Shown: one piece after another, positions 42,064 through 49,806 of the stretch
Numbering within the stretch: position 1 is the stretch's first letter
Layout: every line of letters starts with the position of its first letter
DNA from: an uncultured Gammaproteobacteria bacterium
GTDB lineage: Bacteria; Pseudomonadota; Gammaproteobacteria; DRLM01
Length of the DNA: 64,000 nt
Assembly (NCBI GenBank): GCA_963729605.1
Contig: CAVSNY010000007.1
Span: 1,280,001 to 1,344,000, forward strand
Reading direction: 5' to 3'
Translations under genes and position numbers: made by a program
The notes under the pieces: model-generated
Database searches by the model: none
Seen by the model: only the letters and a program-made list of their open reading frames with translations
Told to the model about the DNA's origin: nothing

Positions 42064-43569
42064 ATGAAAAAGATAGCTGAGTATATGTTGTATTTACTCC
42101 TATTGGTTTATTGGAGTGCGGCTGGCGCCGCTGAAAATACCGGCATGGTTGAACGGTCAGGTTCGGTTTCCGAGAACGCCGCTAGCGAAACCGTTACCGT
42201 CGAGCCGACGGTTGATGTGAGCGTTCCGAGTGCTGTAATGCTGGATACCGAGGTACCTTCGCAACCGACGCCGGCATCAGCACCGGCAGTCGTGCTTCCG
42301 GCCGCGCCTGAGCTTCCTGTGCCGGCATCTTCGTTTAGTCAGCGCTTTAATCCGCCAAAGCCGGATCAATCGGATGCATTTCCTGTATGGGAGGCGACGG
42401 ATTGCGGTTGTGTCCCTGATTCATCTATGCAGACTTATGGCTTTTTCCGTATCGATGGTCAAGTTGCGCCGGCCAAGATAAATTTTGAGGCATTGTCGCG
42501 TGTCGCTTATTTTTCACTGTCTCCCGATATGGTAGGCAATATCGAAGTACCGGAGGCGTGGAACGGCAAGAATTTTACTCAGGTTGCGCATCGTTACGCG
42601 ACCGATGTCGATTTGGTGATAAGTCAACATGAGTGGTGTTCCGAATCGTCTAAGACCGCGTGTTTACATGATGCATTGGAGCTGGATAAAAGTTATGTCC
42701 TGCAAAACTTGATCGATGAAATAGTCGAGGCCACCAAAGCGGTTGAGGCGGATGGGGTGACCATAGATTTTTCAGGAATTCCAAGCGAACTTAATAACGC
42801 CTATCATTTTTTCATAAAACGTTTGAGTAAACGCTTGCAGCAGGAGGATGTCGAATATCGGCTTAACGTGATTGTGGAAAACGTGGCCGAGCTTGAACGC
42901 CTCTTCAATAGAAAAGATATTCTGGATGGTTTGAGCGATAGCAAAGATTATGTCAATTTATTCATAATCGGTTGGCCGAATGGCGGTGATCAGGCTGAAG
43001 TGGTAAACCAGCTGGACAATGCTTTCTGGAAAAGTGGTATTGAGTCAAATCAGGCCCTGGTGATGCTTGATGCTTCTGATCGGGAATTCTCGGTCAAATA
43101 CGATTTAATACTTAAAAGGAATTTCGGCGGAGTCGGTATATGGGACTTGGCCCATGCCGATGATGCTTGGAATACCACGATCATGGCCGGGTTCGCGCAG
43201 GAGGCTCAGCAGCAGAACGTCGATTATGTAAATCAAGTGTTGCAAAAGATCTTGCCGGCAAGTTTTTGTAAGTTTATCTGCCCGAACCGAGACATTATTA
43301 GCGGTGTACTTTCCATCGTAGCCGGGATTTATATAATTATAATTTTGTCGGCGATTGTATTCTTCGAATTGCGCGATTTTTTGAAAAAATATATTTTGTA
43401 TGTAATCGGACTTGGCTTGACGATTGTTGTGGTGTTTATTTCCATAGTGATTTGCGTTCCCTTTTGGCGAGGTTATCAAACGGAGATTACTTTGTTATTA
43501 ATACTTTCTGCGCTTGGCTATTTCCTGAAAAGCAATGCCGATAAAAAACGAGAAGCTAATTATCCGTGA
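42064..43569 (+). CDS. Exported GH18 (chitinase)-fold-like protein with a degenerate catalytic motif and C-terminal transmembrane helices
   Basis: Signal peptide (...SAAGA|AE), Pro/Ala-rich linker, LSRVAYFSL, ADGVTIDFS (vs DGxDxDxE), FGGVGIWDL, and 2-3 hydrophobic helices at the C-terminus. Confidence 0.6.
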   Translation: MKKIAEYMLYLLLLVYWSAAGAAENTGMVERSGSVSENAASETVTVEPTVDVSVPSAVMLDTEVPSQPTPASAPAVVLPAAPELPVPASSFSQRFNPPKPDQSDAFPVWEATDCGCVPDSSMQTYGFFRIDGQVAPAKINFEALSRVAYFSLSPDMVGNIEVPEAWNGKNFTQVAHRYATDVDLVISQHEWCSESSKTACLHDALELDKSYVLQNLIDEIVEATKAVEADGVTIDFSGIPSELNNAYHFFIKRLSKRLQQEDVEYRLNVIVENVAELERLFNRKDILDGLSDSKDYVNLFIIGWPNGGDQAEVVNQLDNAFWKSGIESNQALVMLDASDREFSVKYDLILKRNFGGVGIWDLAHADDAWNTTIMAGFAQEAQQQNVDYVNQVLQKILPASFCKFICPNRDIISGVLSIVAGIYIIIILSAIVFFELRDFLKKYILYVIGLGLTIVVVFISIVICVPFWRGYQTEITLLLILSALGYFLKSNADKKREANYP

Positions 43570-43763
43570 TGGGTTGACCGTTTGAAATAAAAACGACTTT
43601 GTATATCGGGAGCGCGTGCACCGGCCATAAGCGACGAATGCTAGACGCTCCCCGTTTATTTAGCGGGTTTATCAGCAGTTCTACGCCTTCTCCTCTTTTT
43701 TTATCGCCGGAAAACGGTTCTTTCTGATCCGGCCAGGTAGATAAGCTTTAAAATTCAGTAGAC

Positions 43764-43782
43764 TATTTACGACATGTAAATA
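43764..43782. promoter_or_regulatory. Perfect 7-5-7 palindrome upstream of the metallophosphoesterase operon
   Basis: TATTTAC-GACAT-GTAAATA in an AT-rich intergenic region; TTGACA at 43862. Confidence 0.35.
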
Positions 43783-43972
43783 ACGGTGTCCGACTTGCGA
43801 GTCCGCCCGCATCGATTTTTCATTCAAATATCCCCAGTTATATAAATAAATTCTTTTAGTGTTGACATCGACTAAAGATGAGCTTAACTCTGTTTTATCC
43901 CTGTGATTTTGAATATGCCTCGGTGCAACTGTAGGCCAGATTCGTGGTGGGAATATCAACGGAGGGAGCGTT

Positions 43973-44989
43973 ATGAAAAAAATCTCTAGGCGTGAATTTC
44001 TAGGCATTTCCACCAAGGTGGGCGCGGCAACATTCTTCGCGGGGACTTTTGCGCCTTCTGCCACCAGCTTTTTTGGATGGGCCGGTGTGGCCGAGGCAGC
44101 AACCAAGAAAATCACTGCGTTTAATTTTGCGGTTATCAGTGATTCCCATTTATATGATATCAAAGATCATGTATTTGACGGCATTTTGGAACGGGCGGTG
44201 AATGATGTAAATGCTATGCAGCCTGCACCGGACTTCGTGTTGTATGGCGGCGATATCGGACAACTGGGTTTGGCCGCCGAGTTGGATAAGGGTAAACGGA
44301 CGCTGGATAAACTTAAAATGCCTTACAAAATCATCCCTGGCGAACATGATTGGTATCTCGACATGGGTAAAGCCTGGGGTGAACGCTTTGGTAAAATACC
44401 CTGGTCTTTCAATCACAAGGGAGTCCATTTTATCGGCATGAATTCCATTCTGGTAAAAGACTTTTGGACGGCCAAGGGTCTGACGCCGGTCGAACGTATG
44501 GATTGGATGGCCGAGCTGGAATGCCATCGTTGCGGCCTGTGGGGTGTGAGGGAGGAACAGCTCGATTGGCTGGTAAAGGATGTCAAAGGTCTCAGTCCCG
44601 ATACGCCGGTGGTGATATTAACGCATTCGCCGCTGTGGGATTACTACCCGCGTTGGAATTTCCAAACCGAAGACGCCCGGGAGATACGGGCCATTCTGCG
44701 TAAATTCGAAAAGGTGATCGCCATTCACGGCCATGTCCATCAGGTGGTCTATAACCAGATTGGCAATATCGCGTCTGCGGGTTTGCTGGCCACGTCGTGG
44801 CCGTGGCCTTATCCACCAATCGAGCTTCCTTATCCCGATATACGAATGAACCGCGTGGACCCGGCGGATATTTATGACGGTCTGGGCCCAAGTCAGGTAT
44901 CTCTAAGCGGCGATTTCGCGGGCATGATGAATTATCGCACCTGGTCGGATCTTCTGCCGGAAAACGTCAAACGCGGTTTGAAGCTTTAA
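43973..44989 (+). CDS. Tat-exported calcineurin-like metallophosphoesterase
   Basis: SRREFL twin-arginine signal; metal-binding motifs DSH, GGD, GEHD, THSP and GHVH; GGAGG RBS. Confidence 0.85.
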   Translation: MKKISRREFLGISTKVGAATFFAGTFAPSATSFFGWAGVAEAATKKITAFNFAVISDSHLYDIKDHVFDGILERAVNDVNAMQPAPDFVLYGGDIGQLGLAAELDKGKRTLDKLKMPYKIIPGEHDWYLDMGKAWGERFGKIPWSFNHKGVHFIGMNSILVKDFWTAKGLTPVERMDWMAELECHRCGLWGVREEQLDWLVKDVKGLSPDTPVVILTHSPLWDYYPRWNFQTEDAREIRAILRKFEKVIAIHGHVHQVVYNQIGNIASAGLLATSWPWPYPPIELPYPDIRMNRVDPADIYDGLGPSQVSLSGDFAGMMNYRTWSDLLPENVKRGLKL

Positions 44990-45004
44990 GCGAAGGGAAC
45001 AGCC

Positions 45005-45499
45005 ATGAATAAACGGAAAGCGTATAGCGTAGCGGCGGCCGTCATGATTAGCCTGGCCATTTCAGGCGTCATGTTGGTTGAGCCTGCCCTGGCGAAAAAA
45101 CCATTTTCCGCCGCGGAAACGGCAGATCAGCGCAATGCCCTGCTCGCCGCGGTGGCCAAAGGCGACGCGCTTTGGCATGACGGCAAACTCGGCACCAATG
45201 GTCTGGCCTGCGCCAATTGTCATCCCGACGCCTCGGCCGCCAACCCGGAGACCTGGCCTAAATTTCAAACAAATCTCGGCAAAGTGGCGACACTGAGGGA
45301 TATGATCAACTGGTGTATCAGAATCCCACTGGCGGGCGAAGCGCTCGCCCTCGATAGCGACGACATGATCGCCTTGGAGGCCTACGCGACTTATATGTCC
45401 CGCGGGATTCCGCTGGCCCCTGGTAAGGACTATCAGAGCGGCGCGGTACCGGTAAAAAGCGGCCCTGGTTATCCTACCGGCGATGACGGTGATTTATAA
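45005..45499 (+). CDS. Periplasmic mono-haem c-type cytochrome, SoxA/TsdA-like domain
   Basis: Signal peptide, CANCH haem motif, then WPKF...GKVATLRDMINWC...GEAL..DSDDMIALEAY, resembling the SoxA/TsdA haem domain. Confidence 0.75.
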   Translation: MNKRKAYSVAAAVMISLAISGVMLVEPALAKKPFSAAETADQRNALLAAVAKGDALWHDGKLGTNGLACANCHPDASAANPETWPKFQTNLGKVATLRDMINWCIRIPLAGEALALDSDDMIALEAYATYMSRGIPLAPGKDYQSGAVPVKSGPGYPTGDDGDL

Positions 45500-45604
45500 A
45501 GACAGATATCGCCACCTTCTGCGTTGAAGAGAATCACGGCTCGTAGTTTATTCGCCGCAGCAGACGGCGGTCGTGTTTAACGGGCTTCTCAAGGAACAGA
45601 CTTT

Positions 45605-46168
45605 ATGCGAATCCTCATCCGGTTTTTTCTCAGTATGCTTTTCGGCATGTGTTTAGTGGCTCCACTGTGGGCGCAAACCTGCGATAAATCCTCCATCGCA
45701 GAGTCAACGCCTACCACTCGCTTTGATACCGTTGCCGACGACACGGTGGTGGATAAAGAAACCGGCATCACCTGGATGCGCTGTGCCTTGGGCCAAAAAT
45801 GGGATGGCATTACCTGCGCAGGCAAGGCCGACACGTATAATTGGCAAGAGGCCATGGAAATCGTCGCCAAGATGAACAAAGCCGCGTACGGTGGCCGCAC
45901 CGACTGGCGGGTGCCTTATGTTCCCGAACTGGCATCGATCATCGAACGGCAATGTTTCAATCCGCGGGTGAATTTGGCGGTATTTCCGGCTACGCCCTTG
46001 CTGGCATTTTGGACCGGCATGGAAAAAATGGGCCGCCCCGATATGGCTTACATCCTGGATTTCGATAAAGGCAACGCCGCGCCTTCTGAGAAGGCTTTTA
46101 AAGGGGCGGTTCGTTTGATGCACGACGGCCCGAACGGGCCGTGGTGGAAGATGCCGCAGATGCGTTGA
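45605..46168 (+). CDS. DUF1566 (Lcl C-terminal-like) exported protein
   Basis: Signal peptide, TVVDKETGITWMRCALGQ, YNWQEA, DWRVPYVPELASI, FWT. Confidence 0.82.
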   Translation: MRILIRFFLSMLFGMCLVAPLWAQTCDKSSIAESTPTTRFDTVADDTVVDKETGITWMRCALGQKWDGITCAGKADTYNWQEAMEIVAKMNKAAYGGRTDWRVPYVPELASIIERQCFNPRVNLAVFPATPLLAFWTGMEKMGRPDMAYILDFDKGNAAPSEKAFKGAVRLMHDGPNGPWWKMPQMR

Positions 46169-46272
46169 CCGTGCGTTGAAAAAACCGCTAAACATATTTT
46201 AGACGTCATTCGGGCGGATGGGTGGCACGGAAAGCAGGGTGGGTTCTCCGTGCTTTCAAAGTTAATTTTCGA

Positions 46273-46740
46273 TTACATCTGCGACTGAAGATAATTCGGC
46301 AGACCGATCTTGTCGATCAAGCCCAACTGCTGTTCCAGCCAATAGGCATGATCCTCCTCGGTATCCCTGAGCATCCCCAGCAGGATTTCACGGGTTTGAT
46401 AATCCGCGGCACCTTCACAATAGGCTATCGCCGTTTTTAAAGAGGCGGCCACGCCGGTCTCGAGTTTCAAGTCATGTTTGAGCATTTCGGGGACATTTTT
46501 GCCGATGTGCAAGGGTTCCCGTTTGGAGACATCCGGCGTGCCCCCCAGGAATAAGATCCGTTCGATCAAGGCCGCGGCATGACCCTGTTCATCGGCCATT
46601 TCGTGATTGATGCGTTCGTAAAGTTTATGCAGTCCCCAGTTCTGGAGCATGCGCGAATGCAAAAAATATTGGTCGATGGACGTGAGTTCATTGGCCAGGA
46701 GTTTGTTGAGGTGCGCGATGACTTTTTTATCGCCTTGCAT
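46273..46740 (-). CDS. bfr: Bacterioferritin, ferroxidase-type subunit (no haem-binding Met)
   Basis: NELTSIDQYFLH, DEQGH (E51 and H54 kept, M52 replaced by Q), DTEEDH. Confidence 0.92.
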   Translation of the reverse strand: MQGDKKVIAHLNKLLANELTSIDQYFLHSRMLQNWGLHKLYERINHEMADEQGHAAALIERILFLGGTPDVSKREPLHIGKNVPEMLKHDLKLETGVAASLKTAIAYCEGAADYQTREILLGMLRDTEEDHAYWLEQQLGLIDKIGLPNYLQSQM

Positions 46741-46788
46741 GGTCTGCTCCCTAAAAGGTGTGGATAATGGCGAAAAAGACCCGAGTCT

Positions 46789-47253
46789 TTACATCATGGC
46801 CTGCTGGTAATTTTCCAGACCCATTTTGGCGATGAGATCGAGTTGCGTTTCCAGCCAGTCGATGTGTTCTTCCTGGTGTTCCAACACCTCTTCCAGCGAT
46901 TCACGGGAGACATAATCGGCGACCGACTCGCACAGGCCGATCGCTTCGCGCAACAGGGGTATCGTGTTGCGCTCGAATTTGAGATCGCATTCCAGCATCT
47001 CTTTGACGTTTTCGCCCAGCAGCAGTTTGCCGAGGTTTTGCAGATTGGGCAGGCCTTCCAGAAGCAATATCCGCTCGATCAATTTGTCGGCGTCTTTCAT
47101 GGCCTCGATGGAGGCCGCGTAGGCCTTGTCGTTGAGTTTGTGCAGCCCCCAGTTTTTAGACATGCGGGCGTGGAGGAAATATTGATTGATCGCGGTCAAA
47201 CGATCGGTGAGGACCTTGTTGAAAATTTTGATGACCTTAGGGTCGCCTTGCAT
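46789..47253 (-). CDS. bfr: Bacterioferritin, haem-binding subunit (ferroxidase ligands degenerate)
   Basis: [20 protein letters not shown] (E18 to R), EAMKDAD (M52 kept; E51 to A, H54 to D), [13 protein letters not shown] (E127 to Q). Confidence 0.92.
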   Translation of the reverse strand: MQGDPKVIKIFNKVLTDRLTAINQYFLHARMSKNWGLHKLNDKAYAASIEAMKDADKLIERILLLEGLPNLQNLGKLLLGENVKEMLECDLKFERNTIPLLREAIGLCESVADYVSRESLEEVLEHQEEHIDWLETQLDLIAKMGLENYQQAMM

Positions 47254-47389
47254 GCGGTACACTCCTCGAGGTAATTCTTGGAGCTGTATTCTATCCGCTT
47301 TTTTCGGAATGCACGAAAGCTTATCGATGACGCCGCCGCCCAATTAAGGGTGACAAGGTGGGGGAATTAAAGTAGGGAGTAGGGACCGC

Positions 47390-47587
47390 TCACGACGTGG
47401 CGAATGCGGATTCCATCTCTTGTTCGGCCAGGGCGTCCTGCAGGACCTCTTTGGCGCAAGGCGCGCATTTGCCGCATTGCGTCGATACGCCCAGCCGGTC
47501 GCGCAAGTGGCGCAGGCTGCATGCCCCGGCGGCGGCCTCGCGGCGGATGGCGGAATCAGTCACATTCAGGCAGATGCATACATACAT
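47390..47587 (-). CDS. bfd: Bacterioferritin-associated ferredoxin
   Basis: MYVCICLNVTD...QCGKC [2Fe-2S] motif, upstream of the bfr pair. Confidence 0.93.
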   Translation of the reverse strand: MYVCICLNVTDSAIRREAAAGACSLRHLRDRLGVSTQCGKCAPCAKEVLQDALAEQEMESAFATS

Positions 47588-47615
47588 GGCTGGACCCTGA
47601 TTAAGCTCGTTACAT

Positions 47616-47645
47616 AATCTAAACGTAAATAAGAACTATTGTCAA
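47616..47645 (-). promoter_or_regulatory. bfd promoter with an overlapping Fur-box-like site
   Basis: Minus-strand TTGACA (47645-47640) and TAGATT (47621-47616). GTAAATAAGAACTATTGTC (47625-47643) matches 12/19 positions of GATAATGATAATCATTATC. Confidence 0.55.
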
Positions 47646-47844
47646 TTATATCGGCACATGTCAGCGAAAGTTAAGGGGGCATGTCGTTCGGTCCTGGCGA
47701 TGAACGACTGGGTTGGCATGTTATCTAGTTGATTAATATAATTTATTCTCAGGATTGCCCCTGAAGGAATCGGCCCGATTGACGGAGATTGTTGATTCCT
47801 TTCCGCCAGCCTTCGTGAGGACTGCAAAAAAATTCCTTCCCTCC

Positions 47845-49626
47845 TCAATGCAAAGCCCCTTGGGCGACGCTTTTTTCCAATTGGCGGAGCGCCTTTTCGA
47901 TGGCGCCGCGCAAGGCTCGGGCATGGGGGCTCAGCCGGCCGTCCGCGCGCAGATCGAAGGTGATCCGTTCATCTTCGATGATGTAGCCGATGCTGAGCAT
48001 ATGCGGCCGCGGACCGATCGGGCCGAAGGCGGCGACCCCGGGAAAACCCGAGCCGTTCGATGCCAGCACGTCTTGGCGGGTCAGCATCTTTAAACCTTTA
48101 TCGAGGTGTGCGAGCACGTCGTGGCGCCAACTGTTGATTGACCAGATTTTTTGAGCGGGGTTGGCTGCCTGTACCGCGTTGAGGGCCAACAAGTGGGCGA
48201 TGAGACCGCGCCCGCTCTTGGCGCGCAACACCAGATTCTGATGCGCCTTCACTGCGCGGCGTATCTGCGCCGCGAGGCGGTAGTGGTTGCCGGCGGCGCG
48301 CATGCCGGCCACCACCGCCATGGATTCGGCGGTGACCGGCACGATGAAATCCATGCGGCCGCCGGCGAAGTGGCGGGTCTGCACCGGCTCGACGATGCTG
48401 AGCGGCCGGCCGGTCACCTCGGCGATGGCCACTTGCAGGGCCAATTGCACCATGGCGTCGGGGCTGAGTTGCAGGGATTTCAAACGCTGGGCGCCGATGC
48501 CCGGCGTGACCCAGGACTCGATATGGCGTTGCGTGCGGGTTTCGCCGAGGCTTTGCCGGGCCTGTTGCAGATTTTGCGCGAGCGCGCTTGAAATATGCCA
48601 CGCCACCTTGCGGCTTCGGATCAGGGAATGACCGCTCGTCATGCTTGAAACATTCATCGGCAGATTCAAACTTTCACTGTGCAGGCGCGTGGCGAAACCG
48701 AGGGCGACGCTACCGTCCACCGCGGCGCGTTCGAAACACAGGCCGGCCTTGCCGTTTTCCATCACGATGATCTGCATACTCTTGTCGTAGTAGCGATTGT
48801 GGGCGTTGCCGTCGCGCAGGGTCGCCGCGACGCCGTTCAATGAACCGGGGGCCGCGCCGTTGTCCAGACACAACACGAACAAGGATTTTTCCAGGATGGA
48901 AATCGCTTGCCGGTTTTTTTCGTTTTGACAGAGCACGCCGCGCAGCCGCGCCCACTCCTCGCGCGGCAGGGCCGACAATAATCCCGGCGCCGCGTTGTCG
49001 TTTTCCAGCGCGGTGCCGGCGTTTTCGACGATGTATTCCAGCGCCTCCTCGATCGCGGCGACGGGTAACGGCCCGTGCTGAAGATCGACGGCGAGGCAGT
49101 AGACCTGACCGTTGGCCAGCACCGCGACATGGCGCGTGCCTTCGGTGGTGACCATCTCGTCGCAGCCGGGACGGGGCAGGCGGTGAGTGGCGAAGCAGCG
49201 ACGATACTGCTCCATTTCCAGCGGCAGATTGGCGACCATGTCCGGCGAAAGCTGGCGGCTGTCGATGCGTTGATGGAGATTCAACGCGGCCGCCATCAAA
49301 CGCGCGGCGCGGCCGGTGAGCGTCTCGGCCCGCGCGTCGTCTTGCAGCAAAAGCACGTAGTTGTTGCTGAACGGCAGGCCGCCGCGGCAACTCAACCACA
49401 TGCGGGTGAGCCCCTCGGCGCACCAGTTGGTGCCCTGTTCGCGGGCGAGACTCAGCAGGCGTTCCTGTTGCCTGGTCTGGGCGGCGCCGTAGAGTTCCAA
49501 TATCAGTTTGGATTTCAGCCGCTGCACGCCGTTGAGCAAGGGGGACACGCTGCGGATGCAGGCGGTGAGGGTGTCCGCCAGCGGAGGTATGGGTTGACGA
49601 AGAAGGCCGCGTGCTGTGGGTTTCAT
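47845..49626 (-). CDS. Choline/carnitine O-acyltransferase family protein, catalytic His replaced by Arg
   Basis: PIPPLADTL, PLEMEQYRRCF.T.RLP, FVLCLD, NRYYDKSMQ, GLCFERAAVDG (vs EHSxxDG), SPDAMVQLALQ, EPVQTRHFAGGR. Confidence 0.82.
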   Translation of the reverse strand: MKPTARGLLRQPIPPLADTLTACIRSVSPLLNGVQRLKSKLILELYGAAQTRQQERLLSLAREQGTNWCAEGLTRMWLSCRGGLPFSNNYVLLLQDDARAETLTGRAARLMAAALNLHQRIDSRQLSPDMVANLPLEMEQYRRCFATHRLPRPGCDEMVTTEGTRHVAVLANGQVYCLAVDLQHGPLPVAAIEEALEYIVENAGTALENDNAAPGLLSALPREEWARLRGVLCQNEKNRQAISILEKSLFVLCLDNGAAPGSLNGVAATLRDGNAHNRYYDKSMQIIVMENGKAGLCFERAAVDGSVALGFATRLHSESLNLPMNVSSMTSGHSLIRSRKVAWHISSALAQNLQQARQSLGETRTQRHIESWVTPGIGAQRLKSLQLSPDAMVQLALQVAIAEVTGRPLSIVEPVQTRHFAGGRMDFIVPVTAESMAVVAGMRAAGNHYRLAAQIRRAVKAHQNLVLRAKSGRGLIAHLLALNAVQAANPAQKIWSINSWRHDVLAHLDKGLKMLTRQDVLASNGSGFPGVAAFGPIGPRPHMLSIGYIIEDERITFDLRADGRLSPHARALRGAIEKALRQLEKSVAQGALH

Positions 49627-49806
49627 CGCTGTTACTGCTCCCTAAGATGCGTTGTGCTGATTAGTACGGCTCAGCTTAAGCATGGCGCGAGCGCTTACCG
49701 TGACCTTGGTCACACGCGCCGGACCAAAATTGTCGGATTGTGACGCAGTGGGGCAAATGCTGCCGCGGCGGGGCGGCGTGGCCGGTGTTCGGCCGTGGCG
49801 CGCGGG

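Noticed and set aside
10870-43569. Genomic island integrated at tRNA-Ser
   Set aside because: I saw no integrase and no second copy of the tRNA 3' end (attR) in the window, and the pst genes have host-like composition.
43862-43875. FNR-like site TTGAC-N4-ACTAA
   Set aside because: The second half-site is a poor match; it is more simply a -35 hexamer.
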